Shown: positions 17,498 through 28,036, counted from the stretch's first letter. The stretch is DNA of 30,940 nt from Actinomycetota bacterium (GCA_035643355.1 DASQQQ010000019.1:1-30940), one strand, 5' to 3'. Made by a program: numbers and translations. The notes: generated by a model not told the origin, from the letters alone.

Positions 17498-18105
17498 GGG
17501 ATCGGGTGGAGGCGGCGGCCGCTGCCGCGCTGTCGGGGGAGCTGGTGGTGCTGCCCACCGACACCGTGTACGGGATCGGGACGCGGCCGGACGATCCCGC
17601 TGCCACCGAGCGCGTGTTCCGGGCCAAGCACCGGTCCCCGACGCTCGAGCTGCCGGTCCTGGTGCCGAGCCCCGAGGTCGCCCGCGGGATCGCCGTGTTC
17701 GACCGGGCCGCCGAGACGCTGGCCGCACGGTTCTGGCCCGGCCCGCTCACCCTGGTGCTTCCCCGGACCGAGAGGAGCCGGGGGTGGGAGCTCGGGGGGG
17801 ATGGTCGTTCGGTGGGCGTTCGGATGCCCGATCACCCGCTGGCCCTGGCCCTCCTGCAGCGCACCGGCCCCCTCGCGGTCACCAGCGCGAATCCGAGCGG
17901 CGAGGCGACCCCGGTGGATCCGGGCGGGCTGGAGCGCGTCTTCGGCAGCGCCGTGTCCCAGTACCTGTGCTCGGAGCCGCTCCCGCCTGCACCGCCCTCC
18001 ACCGTGGTGGCGATCTCAGGGACCGACCTGCGGATGCTGAGGATCGGTGCGCTTTCGGAGCGGGCGATCCGAAGCGCCCTGGGGGCGACGGCCGGTCCGA
18101 TGTAG
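17494..18105 (+). CDS. tsaC: L-threonylcarbamoyladenylate synthase (short TsaC/YrdC form)
   Basis: Motifs PTDTVYGIG, WPGPLT, RMPDHP, TSANPSG and PST. GTGA overlap with prmC. Confidence 0.92.
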   Translation: MRDRVEAAAAAALSGELVVLPTDTVYGIGTRPDDPAATERVFRAKHRSPTLELPVLVPSPEVARGIAVFDRAAETLAARFWPGPLTLVLPRTERSRGWELGGDGRSVGVRMPDHPLALALLQRTGPLAVTSANPSGEATPVDPGGLERVFGSAVSQYLCSEPLPPAPPSTVVAISGTDLRMLRIGALSERAIRSALGATAGPM

Positions 18106-18113
18106 GTCCGATG
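18094..18113 (+). repeat. Tandem direct repeat GGTCCGATG x2 with 11-nt period, immediately before a TAGACT -10-like hexamer (18115-18120)
   Basis: Copies at 18094-18102 and 18105-18113, read directly from the sequence. Confidence 0.8.
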
Positions 18114-18131
18114 CTAGACTCGCCCGGTCCC

Positions 18132-18725
18132 ATGCCCCACGTCCTCGTCGTCTGTACCGGGAACATCTGCCGCTCGCCGATCGCCGAGGGCTTCTTGCGC
18201 GCCGCGTTCGAGCGCCGGCTGGGGCCGCAGGCTCCCGCGGTCACCTCGGCCGGCCTGGTGGCCCGCGATGGGAACGCCGCCGAGCCCGAGGCCGTCCGGG
18301 CGGCCGCCGAACATGGGGTCGACATCTCGGACCACGCCGCCCGGCGCCTGACCGGACGGATGATGGCCGAGGCCGATCTGGTGATCTGCATGACGTCCGG
18401 CCACCGGGACCGGATCGTGGAAGCGCTGCCCGACGCCCTGGCCAGGACCTTCACGCTGAAGGAGCTGGTCTTCCTCCTGGAGTCGCTGCCCGATCCGGCC
18501 GCCCACGCACCGGCCGACCGCCTGAGCGAGCGGGTGGCGGCGGCCCACGAGCTGCGGGAGCACAGCGACCGGCCGGTCGACGAGGACATCGGCGACCCCC
18601 TGGGCCTATCGATCCCGGCCTTCCGTGCCACGGCGATCGAGCTGGAGGGGCTGTGCACCCGCCTCGCCGACGGGCTCTTCCCCGAGCGGGAGGAGCGTCG
18701 GGCTGCTGGTCACGGAGGAGCGTGA
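18132..18725 (+). CDS. Low-molecular-weight protein phosphatase (LMW-PTP/YwlE position; alternative ATG at 18111)
   Basis: P-loop VCTGNICRSP, DLVICMT, and DIGDP general-acid loop. Confidence 0.9.
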   Translation: MPHVLVVCTGNICRSPIAEGFLRAAFERRLGPQAPAVTSAGLVARDGNAAEPEAVRAAAEHGVDISDHAARRLTGRMMAEADLVICMTSGHRDRIVEALPDALARTFTLKELVFLLESLPDPAAHAPADRLSERVAAAHELREHSDRPVDEDIGDPLGLSIPAFRATAIELEGLCTRLADGLFPEREERRAAGHGGA

Positions 18726-18728
18726 GGG

Positions 18729-19174
18729 GTGCGGCTGGCGATCGGCTCCGATCACGCCGGCTTCCCCCTCAAGGGGCCGCTGTGCGAGTTCCTGGAGGGA
18801 GAAGGGCATGAGATCCTCGATGTCGGGACGAACTCGGAGGAGCCGGTGGACTACCCGGCATTCTGTGCGTCGGTGGCGCGGGCCGTGGCCGGTGGAGACG
18901 TCGATCGCGGGATCATCCTGGGTGGCTCCGGACAGGGCGAGCAGATCGTCGCCAACAAGGTCCACGGCGTCCGGGCCGCCCTGTGTCACGACCTCTACAC
19001 GGCGCGCCTGTCCCGTGAGCACAACGACGCCAACGTGCTCACGATGGGAGCGCGCATCGTGGCGGCGACGCTGGCCCAGGAGATCGTCCGCGTGTGGCTC
19101 GACACCCCCTTCGATGGGGGTCGGCACGAGCGCCGGGTGGAGCAGATCTCGATGATCGAGCGGGGAGAGATGTG

Positions 19175-19175
<1 letters not shown>
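18729..19175 (+). CDS. rpiB: Ribose-5-phosphate isomerase B (Glu-base, mycobacterial type)
   Basis: Motifs GSDHAG, DYP, GGSGQGE, ANKVHGVRAA, HNDANVL and GGRHERR. Confidence 0.95.
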
Positions 19176-20440
<1,265 letters not shown>

Positions 20441-20485
20441 TCCCGCCCCATCGGAGCTGCCCAGGCGGGTACCATCACCAGCGGG

Positions 20486-21697
20486 TTGGTTCCCTATCTG
20501 GTCGTCTTCGGCGCCGCCGCCGTCGCGACGTTCGCCACGACGCCGCTGGTGCGGTGGGTATCGCTGCGTGTGGGCTGGATCGACCGTCCGTCCGATCGGA
20601 AGGTGCACCCGAACCCCACACCGACCGCGGGGGGACTGGCCATCTTGCTCGGCATCGTGACGGGCCTGGCCGTCTCGCGCCTGGTCCCCTTCCTGCGCGG
20701 TCTGCACGAGACGACGTCCGAGCCGGACGCGGCGCTACTGGCCGCCCTGGCCATCGTCCTGGTCGGGCTGATCGACGACGTGAAGGGTCTGTCTGCCGCC
20801 GGGAAGCTCGTGGGCCAGGTCCTGGCCGCCGGCATCCTGGTGCTGGCCGGCGTCCAGCTGCTGTACTTCTACCTCCCGATCGGGGGCATCGGGATTCTGT
20901 CGTTGTCGCCGGACATGGCCGTGCCCCTCACGGTGGTCTGGGTGGTGGCCACCGTGAACGCCGTGAACCTGGTGGACGGCCTCGACGGGTTGGCCGCCGG
21001 CATGGTGGCGATCGCGGCCATGGCCTTCTTCGCGTACATGTACCGAGCTCCGGGCGTGGACGGAGCTCCATCCACCGCCGCGCTGCTCTCGGCGCTGGTG
21101 GCGGGGGCCTCGGTCGGCTTCCTTCCGTGGAACTTCCATCCGGCCAGGATCTTCATGGGGGACTCGGGGGCCATGCTCTTGGGGCTGATGATGGCCGCTG
21201 CCAGCATCTCGGGCGTCGGACGGAACCAGTCGCCGACCGGCGGGGACTTCGCCGCCGTGGCCATCCCCATCGCCGTCCCCCTGATCATCCTGGCCGTGCC
21301 CTTCCTCGATGTGGTGCTGGCCATCGTCCGACGGGTCCGTCGCGGTGCTGGCATCACGCACGCCGACAAGGAGCACATCCATCATCGGCTGCTGGACATC
21401 GGGCACTCGCACCGCAAGGCCGTGCTCCTCATGTACCTGTGGAGCGCGCTGATCTCCGCGTGCGCCCTGGCCGTGGCCTTCATCAACGGCCGGATGCTGG
21501 TTGGGGGCATCGTCGCCGTGGCCGTGATCCTCGCCGCGGCGATCCCCAGGATCGTCATGCGACGTCCCGCGGGTGTGCCGATCCGGCGGGTGCGAGGCGA
21601 TGGGCAGATCGAAGCAGGGCTCTCGCTCGACCACGGCCCGGCGAGGACACCGATCCCCTCGCCAGAGCCTCCGGCAGCGCCGCACCAGGGCTCCTGA
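20486..21697 (+). CDS. wecA: Undecaprenyl/decaprenyl-phosphate GlcNAc-1-P transferase (WecA/TagO/Rfe, MraY family)
   Basis: Motifs RKVH..PTP.GGLAI, GLIDD, NAVNLVDGLDGLA, IFMGDSG and HIHHRLL, with about 10 TM helices. The TTG start is uncertain. Confidence 0.88.
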   Translation: MVPYLVVFGAAAVATFATTPLVRWVSLRVGWIDRPSDRKVHPNPTPTAGGLAILLGIVTGLAVSRLVPFLRGLHETTSEPDAALLAALAIVLVGLIDDVKGLSAAGKLVGQVLAAGILVLAGVQLLYFYLPIGGIGILSLSPDMAVPLTVVWVVATVNAVNLVDGLDGLAAGMVAIAAMAFFAYMYRAPGVDGAPSTAALLSALVAGASVGFLPWNFHPARIFMGDSGAMLLGLMMAAASISGVGRNQSPTGGDFAAVAIPIAVPLIILAVPFLDVVLAIVRRVRRGAGITHADKEHIHHRLLDIGHSHRKAVLLMYLWSALISACALAVAFINGRMLVGGIVAVAVILAAAIPRIVMRRPAGVPIRRVRGDGQIEAGLSLDHGPARTPIPSPEPPAAPHQGS

Positions 21698-21883
21698 ACG
21701 AGGGTCACTAGGACCGATATATGGGGGACGGGCGGCACATCCTCAGGGGTTGTCCACTCCGTACAAGAGACTGAATGGGAGTCAGCGGAACCAGGGCTCG
21801 CGGCGGGGGGCGAGGCACGCGATGATGCCCCCGCTCCCGGGGCATACGATCGGGCCGGGGGTTGGGCCGAAGAGGGGAGAGCC

Positions 21884-23011
21884 GTGGCGGAGATCGACGT
21901 TCGCCTGGACCGCGTGACCAAGGATTTCGGCGTGACGGTCGCCGTGGACGACCTGTCGCTCGACATCAGCGAGGGGGAGTTCTTCAGCCTGCTGGGCCCG
22001 TCGGGGTGCGGGAAGACCACCACCCTGCGGATGATCGGAGGCTTCGAGGAGCCCACCAGGGGCACGATCTACCTGGGCGGGCGTGACGTCACGGACCTGC
22101 CTCCCTACCGGCGCGACGTCAACACCGTGTTCCAGTCCTATGCGCTGTTCCCCCACCTGACGGTGTTCGAGAACGTCGCCTTCGGTCTTCGCAGGCGCAA
22201 GGTGAACAAGCACGAGATCGACGAACGCGTGAACGATGCGCTGCGCCTGGTCGATCTGACCGGCTTCGAGAACCGCAAGCCCGGGCAGATGTCGGGAGGA
22301 CAGGCCCAGCGGGTCGCCGTGGCCCGGGCCCTCGTCAATCGGCCCAAGGTCCTGCTCCTGGACGAGCCGCTGGGCGCCCTGGACCTGAAGCTGCGCAAGC
22401 GGATGCAGCTCGAGCTGAAGCGGATCCAGGGTGAGGTCGGGGTGACCTTCATCTACGTGACCCACGACCAGGAAGAGGCCATGACCATGTCCAACCGGGT
22501 CGCCGTCATGCGCGGCGGCCGGATCGAGCAGGTGGGGCCTCCCGAGGACGTGTACGAGAACCCGGTCACCGAGTTCGTGGCCAGCTTCCTCGGCGCGTCA
22601 AACCTGCTGGACGGCGAGGTCAAGGAGGAACGGAACGGGACCGTGGCGGTCCTGCTGACCGGGGGGGACACGGTGGCGGTCCCGGCGGAGCGGGCGCCGT
22701 CAGGCTTGGGATCCAAGGTCAAGGTGGGCGTGCGCCCGGAGAAGATCACGATCCGGGCGGAGGGAGCGGAACCTCGGCAGGGCTGGAACGGCATCACGGG
22801 CTTGCTCCGGATGTCGACGTACATCGGCGTGAGCCATCAGTACAAGGTGGAGGGGCCCGGGGGGGCGGAGATCACCGTGTGGGTGCAGAACCTCGGTACG
22901 GAACCGGTCCCCCGTCCGGGGGAGCGTGTTCGACTCTCCTGGCCGCAGGAGCACACCTTCGCCGTTCTCCCGCAGGAGGGATTGACCCTGGAGGAGGAGG
23001 AGGGAGCATGA
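21884..23011 (+). CDS. potA: Polyamine ABC transporter ATP-binding subunit
   Basis: Walker A GPSGCGKT, NTVFQSYALFPH, signature MSGGQ, LLLDEPLGALD and a TOBE-like C-terminus. Confidence 0.88.
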   Translation: MAEIDVRLDRVTKDFGVTVAVDDLSLDISEGEFFSLLGPSGCGKTTTLRMIGGFEEPTRGTIYLGGRDVTDLPPYRRDVNTVFQSYALFPHLTVFENVAFGLRRRKVNKHEIDERVNDALRLVDLTGFENRKPGQMSGGQAQRVAVARALVNRPKVLLLDEPLGALDLKLRKRMQLELKRIQGEVGVTFIYVTHDQEEAMTMSNRVAVMRGGRIEQVGPPEDVYENPVTEFVASFLGASNLLDGEVKEERNGTVAVLLTGGDTVAVPAERAPSGLGSKVKVGVRPEKITIRAEGAEPRQGWNGITGLLRMSTYIGVSHQYKVEGPGGAEITVWVQNLGTEPVPRPGERVRLSWPQEHTFAVLPQEGLTLEEEEGA

Positions 23012-24333
23012 ACCAGCGGGACGATCGGACGTTCCTCGAGCCGCAGCGGATGCAGGAGGTCCTGCGGCGGAGACTGACCCGTCGGAGCCTCCTCAAGGGC
23101 GCCGGGACGGGCGCGGCGGCCCTCGGCCTCGGGGGGCTGCTGGCGGCATGCGGCGGCGGCACCAGCGGCGGCGGCGGCACCAACGGAGGCGGGGGCAGCA
23201 CCTCCAGCGCCTTCGACGTGAGCCAGATCTACAGCGGGGACCCCGGATCCAGCATCAACTTCGCGAACTGGCCGCTGTACATCGACCACGCCAAGGACAA
23301 GAACGGCAACCGGTACATCCCGTCCCTGCGCAACTTCACCAAGGAGACGGGCATCGACGTCAGCTATCAAGAGGTGATCCAGGACAACACCGACTTCTTC
23401 GGCAAGCTGCAGCCGCAGCTGCAGGCCGGGGACGACACCGGCTGGGACATCATCGTGATCACGAACGGGCGCGAATTCACCGCGCTCACCAAGCTCGACT
23501 GGGTCTACCCCCTGGATCCCGGCAAGCGGCCGAACTTCGACGCGAACGCCGCCGCCTGGGCCAAGAACCCACCCTACGACCCGGACAACACGCACGGGAT
23601 GGCCTGGCAGTCCGGGATCACCGGGATTGGCGTCAACGACAAGCTGGTCAAGGGCTCCGTGACCAAGCTCGACGACCTGGCCAACCCGGACATCGTGGGT
23701 GTGGGCAAGGTGGGCATGCTGAAGAACGACATGCAGGACTTCGTGATGATCAACCTCGGCATCGACCCCACCACCTCGGGTCCCGACGAGTGGAAGGAGG
23801 CGGCGGACTGGCTCCGGAAGCAGCGCGATACCGGTGTGGTGCGCCAGTATTACGACCAGGGCTACGTGGACGATCTGACCGCCGGGAACCTGTCGGCCAC
23901 GATGGCTTGGTCGGGCGACGTCCTCTACTACAAGCTGTGGGCCGGCTACGACAACCTGGACTTCGTCTTCCCGGACGGGGGCGCGCTGCTGTGGATCGAC
24001 AACATGATGATCCCCGCGCACGCCAACAACCCGGTGGGCGCCATGGAGCTGATGGACTACTACTACAAGCCCGAGGTCGCCACCGGCGTGACCGAATGGG
24101 TCCTGTACATGTCCCCCGTGCCGGCCACCAGGGATCTGATCATGAAGGACTCCCAGGCGGCGCGGGACGAGGGGTCCAAGGGGTACGCGAACAAGCTGGA
24201 GGCCACGGCGAACAGCCCGTACCTGTACCCCGACGATGCGTTCCTGGCCCGCACGAAGTTCGGGCGTGACCTGAAGACCGACGAGGAACGGCAGGAGTGG
24301 GACTCGATCTTCCTGCCGATCACCCAGGCCTAG
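23008..24333 (+). CDS. potD: Polyamine ABC transporter substrate-binding Tat lipoprotein (PotD/PotF family)
   Basis: Twin-arginine TRRSLLK, lipobox LAAC, NFANWPLYID, WSGD and WIDNMMIP. ATGA overlap with potA. Confidence 0.85.
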   Translation: MNQRDDRTFLEPQRMQEVLRRRLTRRSLLKGAGTGAAALGLGGLLAACGGGTSGGGGTNGGGGSTSSAFDVSQIYSGDPGSSINFANWPLYIDHAKDKNGNRYIPSLRNFTKETGIDVSYQEVIQDNTDFFGKLQPQLQAGDDTGWDIIVITNGREFTALTKLDWVYPLDPGKRPNFDANAAAWAKNPPYDPDNTHGMAWQSGITGIGVNDKLVKGSVTKLDDLANPDIVGVGKVGMLKNDMQDFVMINLGIDPTTSGPDEWKEAADWLRKQRDTGVVRQYYDQGYVDDLTAGNLSATMAWSGDVLYYKLWAGYDNLDFVFPDGGALLWIDNMMIPAHANNPVGAMELMDYYYKPEVATGVTEWVLYMSPVPATRDLIMKDSQAARDEGSKGYANKLEATANSPYLYPDDAFLARTKFGRDLKTDEERQEWDSIFLPITQA

Positions 24334-24363
24334 CGGCCATCCGAGCGGGAGAGCCGGGACCAG

Positions 24364-25275
24364 GTGGACAGCTCGACGGGGGCGGCGCAACAGGGTCGGG
24401 TCAGGGGCCGGAGCATCGGTCTTCGCAAGAAGCTCGTGCCCTACTACCTGCTCGGACCGGGCGCGGTCTGGCTCCTGATCTTCCTGGTCCTGCCGCTCCT
24501 TCTGCTGGTGTACACGTCGCTACAGAGCGGTGGTCTGCTGGGGGGCTTCCACTTCACCTGGCAGTTCTCGAACTACGCCGACGCGCTCAGCCAGAACGGG
24601 AAGTACTTCGGCCGATCGCTGATGTACTCGTCCATCGTCACGGTGGTGGCGTTGCTGCTGGCGTTCCCCATGACGTATTGGATCGCCTTCTACGGTGGCC
24701 GGTGGAAATCCTCGCTGCTGCTGCTGATGCTGCTGCCGTTCTTCGTGTCGTTCATCATCCGCACGATCCAGTGGAAGTTCATCCTCGCAGACAACGGCAT
24801 CATCCTGGGCCCGCTCAAGAACCTGGGACTGCTGCCCCAGAGCTTCCACGTGCTGGCGACGCCGTTGGCCGTGGTGGCCGGGATCACCTACGACTTCCTC
24901 CCCTTCACGGCGCTGCCCCTCTACGTCTCGCTGGAGCGGATCGACAAGTCGCTGGTGGAGGCGGCCAAGGACCTGTACGCGAGCCGCTGGCAGGCGTTCC
25001 GCCACGTGGTGGTGCCGCTGTCGCTGCCCGGGGTGTTCGCCGCGTTCCTGCTCACCTTCGTCCCGGCCACCGGGGACTACGTGAACGCCGCCATCCTGGG
25101 TGGGCCGGGCACCACGATGGTGGGCAACATCATCCAGACCAAGTTCCTGTACCAGAACGTGTACTTCGAGGCGGCCGCGCTCTCGGCCGTGCTCATGCTG
25201 GGGATGTTCGTGCTGGTCAGCATCTACGCGAGGGTGCTGGGCACGGAAGAGGTCGTGAGGGCGGCGGCGGCATGA
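24364..25275 (+). CDS. potB: Polyamine ABC transporter permease (PotB/PotH-like)
   Basis: About 6 TM helices, LPFFVSFIIR and EAA loop SLVEAAKDLYAS. Confidence 0.85.
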   Translation: MDSSTGAAQQGRVRGRSIGLRKKLVPYYLLGPGAVWLLIFLVLPLLLLVYTSLQSGGLLGGFHFTWQFSNYADALSQNGKYFGRSLMYSSIVTVVALLLAFPMTYWIAFYGGRWKSSLLLLMLLPFFVSFIIRTIQWKFILADNGIILGPLKNLGLLPQSFHVLATPLAVVAGITYDFLPFTALPLYVSLERIDKSLVEAAKDLYASRWQAFRHVVVPLSLPGVFAAFLLTFVPATGDYVNAAILGGPGTTMVGNIIQTKFLYQNVYFEAAALSAVLMLGMFVLVSIYARVLGTEEVVRAAAA

Positions 25276-26129
25276 GCGTGGTGACCGCGGAGCGCGAGCA
25301 GCGCGTCCTGGAGCCGGCGCCGCTGCACCGGCCGAACAAGCGCTGGACCCGGTTCCTCCTGCCCGGCTTCACCGGTCTGATGATCGCCTACCTGATGAGC
25401 CCGGTGTTCGTGATGATCCTGTACGGGTTCAACAACATCCCCGGTGAGCGCCAGACCCCGAAGTTCTGGGGCTTCACGATCCATTGGTACAAGGAGCTGT
25501 TCGCGATCCAGGGCCTGACCACGGCGATCAAGAACTCGCTCATCATCGCCCCCACGGCCGCCGTGGTGGCCACGATCATCGGCACCTTCCTGGGGCTCGC
25601 CCTGGGCCGGTACCTGTTCCGGGGCAAGGGCGCGGTGGACTTCTTCATCTTCCTGGCGATCGCGGTGCCCGAGATCGTGCTGGGCTCCTCGCTGCTGTCG
25701 ATGTTCGTCCAGGCCAGGGCGTCCTTGGGGCTCGGCACGATCCTGCTCTCACACATCGCCTTCGACGTGCCGTTCGTTGCCGTCACGGTCCAGGCGCGTG
25801 TGGCGGGGATGGACCGATCCCTCGAGGACGCCGCCCAGGACCTGTTCGCCGATCCCGTCACCACGTTCTTCAAGGTCACCCTGCCCCAGATCCTCCCCGG
25901 GATCTTCGCCGGGTTCCTGTTGGCCTTCGTCCTGTCCCTGGACGACTTCGTCATCACCCAGTTCGTGTCCGGCCAGACCGAGACCTTCCCGATCTGGGTG
26001 TGGGGGTCCACGAGGATCGGGCTGCCGCCGCAGGTGAACGTGATGGCGACGTTGCTGTTCACCGCCGGCGTGGTGATCTCGATCGCCAACGTCGCGGCGC
26101 AGCGCCTCCGCCGCTCCAGGGCCGCCTGA
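25272..26129 (+). CDS. potC: Polyamine ABC transporter permease (PotC/PotI-like)
   Basis: Motifs WY..LF, VPEIVLG, SLEDAAQDL and SLDDFVIT. ATGA overlap with potB. Confidence 0.85.
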   Translation: MSVVTAEREQRVLEPAPLHRPNKRWTRFLLPGFTGLMIAYLMSPVFVMILYGFNNIPGERQTPKFWGFTIHWYKELFAIQGLTTAIKNSLIIAPTAAVVATIIGTFLGLALGRYLFRGKGAVDFFIFLAIAVPEIVLGSSLLSMFVQARASLGLGTILLSHIAFDVPFVAVTVQARVAGMDRSLEDAAQDLFADPVTTFFKVTLPQILPGIFAGFLLAFVLSLDDFVITQFVSGQTETFPIWVWGSTRIGLPPQVNVMATLLFTAGVVISIANVAAQRLRRSRAA

Positions 26130-26163
26130 AGAGGAACCGACGCATCCAGGCCTGCTGGAGGAT

Positions 26164-26181
26164 TCGTGAAGAGTTTCACAA
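26164..26181. promoter_or_regulatory. Palindromic operator TCGTGAA-GAGT-TTCACAA (Rex-like; also fits CRP-family TGTGA-N6-TCACA)
   Basis: One mismatch to the Rex consensus TTGTGAA-N4-TTCACAA, located in the AT-enriched intergenic region before the atp operon. Confidence 0.6.
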
Positions 26182-26240
26182 GCGCTCCGCGCGCCGTCCC
26201 CATAGTGGCATCTAGCTGCGAAAACGCTCCGCCGTCGCCT

Positions 26241-26270
26241 TTGACGGGCCCGTTGGGCCCCGGATATACT
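26241..26270 (+). promoter_or_regulatory. Putative sigma70/SigA promoter of the atp operon TTGACG-N18-TATACT
   Basis: -35 at 26241-26246 and -10 at 26265-26270, with the ATG at 26282 11 nt downstream. Confidence 0.7.
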
Positions 26271-26281
26271 GCCGCGCGCCC

Positions 26282-26494
26282 ATGGCCGGAGGACACGGGG
26301 ATGCATGGAGTGGCATGGGCACGGCGTGGAACGTCATGGGGACGCTCGCGTCGGGCATCCTCGTCTGGGGCGGCATCGGGTACCTGGTCGATCGGGTGGT
26401 GGGGTTCCACTGGCTCTTCCTGCCGATCGGGATGGTGATCGGCGTCTCGGCCTCCATCTACGTGGTGTACCTGCGGTATGGCAGAGATCACTGA
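26282..26494 (+). CDS. atpZ: AtpZ/AtpI-family small membrane protein (first gene of atp operon)
   Basis: 70 aa with two TM helices and a GYLVD..G...F.PIG pattern typical of this family. Confidence 0.75.
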   Translation: MAGGHGDAWSGMGTAWNVMGTLASGILVWGGIGYLVDRVVGFHWLFLPIGMVIGVSASIYVVYLRYGRDH

Positions 26495-26939
26495 GCGGGC
26501 GGAGCGGGAGCTGGTCCGGAGGGCTCTGGTGCCCTCGGCTGTGGCCGTTCCCCTCTCGCTGCTCATCGGGTGGGCCCTGGCTGGTCCCGGTGTCGGGGTC
26601 TCGGCGGCCATCGGGATCGCCCTGGTCTTCGCCAACTTCGCGGCCCACGGCCTCTCGCTGGCCTGGGCGTCGAGAGTATCCATCGTCGCCGTGCAGGTCG
26701 TGGCCCTGGCCGGGTTCGTCGTCCGGCTCGGCGTGGTCGTGGCCGCGATGTTCGTCCTGAACACCCTGGCGTGGTTCTCGCCGCTCGCCTTCGGGTTGGC
26801 CGTGGTCGTCGCAACGCTGTCGCTGTTGGTCTATGAGGCGCGGCTCGTGCTGCGCGGCATGGGCGGGACCCTCATGATCCCGGCCGATCCGGTGGCCGCG
26901 CAGGCGGCCCGAGCCTTGGCGGCCAGGGAGGCACGGTGA
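26478..26939 (+). CDS. atpI: ATP synthase protein I
   Basis: Four-TM hydrophobic protein with a G...R motif, directly before atpB. Confidence 0.75.
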   Translation: MAEITERAERELVRRALVPSAVAVPLSLLIGWALAGPGVGVSAAIGIALVFANFAAHGLSLAWASRVSIVAVQVVALAGFVVRLGVVVAAMFVLNTLAWFSPLAFGLAVVVATLSLLVYEARLVLRGMGGTLMIPADPVAAQAARALAAREAR

Positions 26940-27760
26940 TGCTGGCTGCCCTCGCGTCCGGGTTCGCCCCGGCGGTCGCGGCGCTCTCCCGTCCACCCGA
27001 AGGCTTCCACGCCCCAGACACGGCGATCTTCGACTACTCGAACAACTGCCTGTTCGGCAACGGCTCGTACTGCATCACGCGCCCGACGTTCTGGCTGTTC
27101 GTCTCCGTCCTGATCATCGCGGCGGTCTTCATCGCCGCGTTCCGCCGTCCTCAGCTGGTGCCTCGGGGGTTGCAGAACGCCGTGGAGTCCCTCATCGACT
27201 TCATCCGCAACGGCATCGTCATGGAGGTCATGGGTCCCGATGGCCTTCCCTACCTCCCGCTGCTGACGTCCTTGTTCGTCTTCATCTGGGTGAACAACAC
27301 GTTCGAGGTGATCCCGTTCATCCAGTTCCCGCCCACCTCGAAGATCGCGATCCCCATGATCCTGGCCGGACTGGTCTGGTTCATCTTCAACATCGTGGGC
27401 ATCGTGAAGCACGGGGGGTGGCGGTACCTGAAGAGCATCATGTTCCCGCCGGGCGTCCCTCCGGCGATCTACATCCTGTACACACCGATCGAGCTGGTCT
27501 CGACGATCATCGTGCGTCCCGTCACCCTGACCGTTCGTCTCACGGCCAACATGATCGCCGGTCATCTGATCCTGACGACGTTCTTCCTGGGGACCTGGTA
27601 CCTGCAGTGGAAGCTGCTCACGATCCCCTTCGCGGCGGCCTCCTTCGCCCTGGGGACGTTCATCACGGGGTTCGAGATCCTCGTCTCCGTCCTGCAGGCC
27701 TACATCTTCACGATCCTGACCGCCGTGTACATCGCCTCATCCATCCACCCAGAGCATTAG
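26936..27760 (+). CDS. atpB: F0 subunit a
   Basis: Motifs LQNAVE, RPVTLTVRLTANMIAGH (essential Arg) and LQAYIF. Confidence 0.96.
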   Translation: MMLAALASGFAPAVAALSRPPEGFHAPDTAIFDYSNNCLFGNGSYCITRPTFWLFVSVLIIAAVFIAAFRRPQLVPRGLQNAVESLIDFIRNGIVMEVMGPDGLPYLPLLTSLFVFIWVNNTFEVIPFIQFPPTSKIAIPMILAGLVWFIFNIVGIVKHGGWRYLKSIMFPPGVPPAIYILYTPIELVSTIIVRPVTLTVRLTANMIAGHLILTTFFLGTWYLQWKLLTIPFAAASFALGTFITGFEILVSVLQAYIFTILTAVYIASSIHPEH

Positions 27761-28024
<264 letters not shown>

Positions 28025-28036
28025 TCGGGGGGCGGG

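Noticed and set aside
20442-20469. CCCGCC...GGCGGG inverted repeat after glyA as a terminator
   Set aside because: Short stem, 16-nt loop and no U-tract; too weak to call. No convincing intrinsic terminator was found anywhere in the window.
23150-23210. GGC/GGCACC repeats in potD
   Set aside because: They encode the ordinary Gly/Ser/Thr linker after the lipoprotein cysteine and are not a repeat element or CRISPR.
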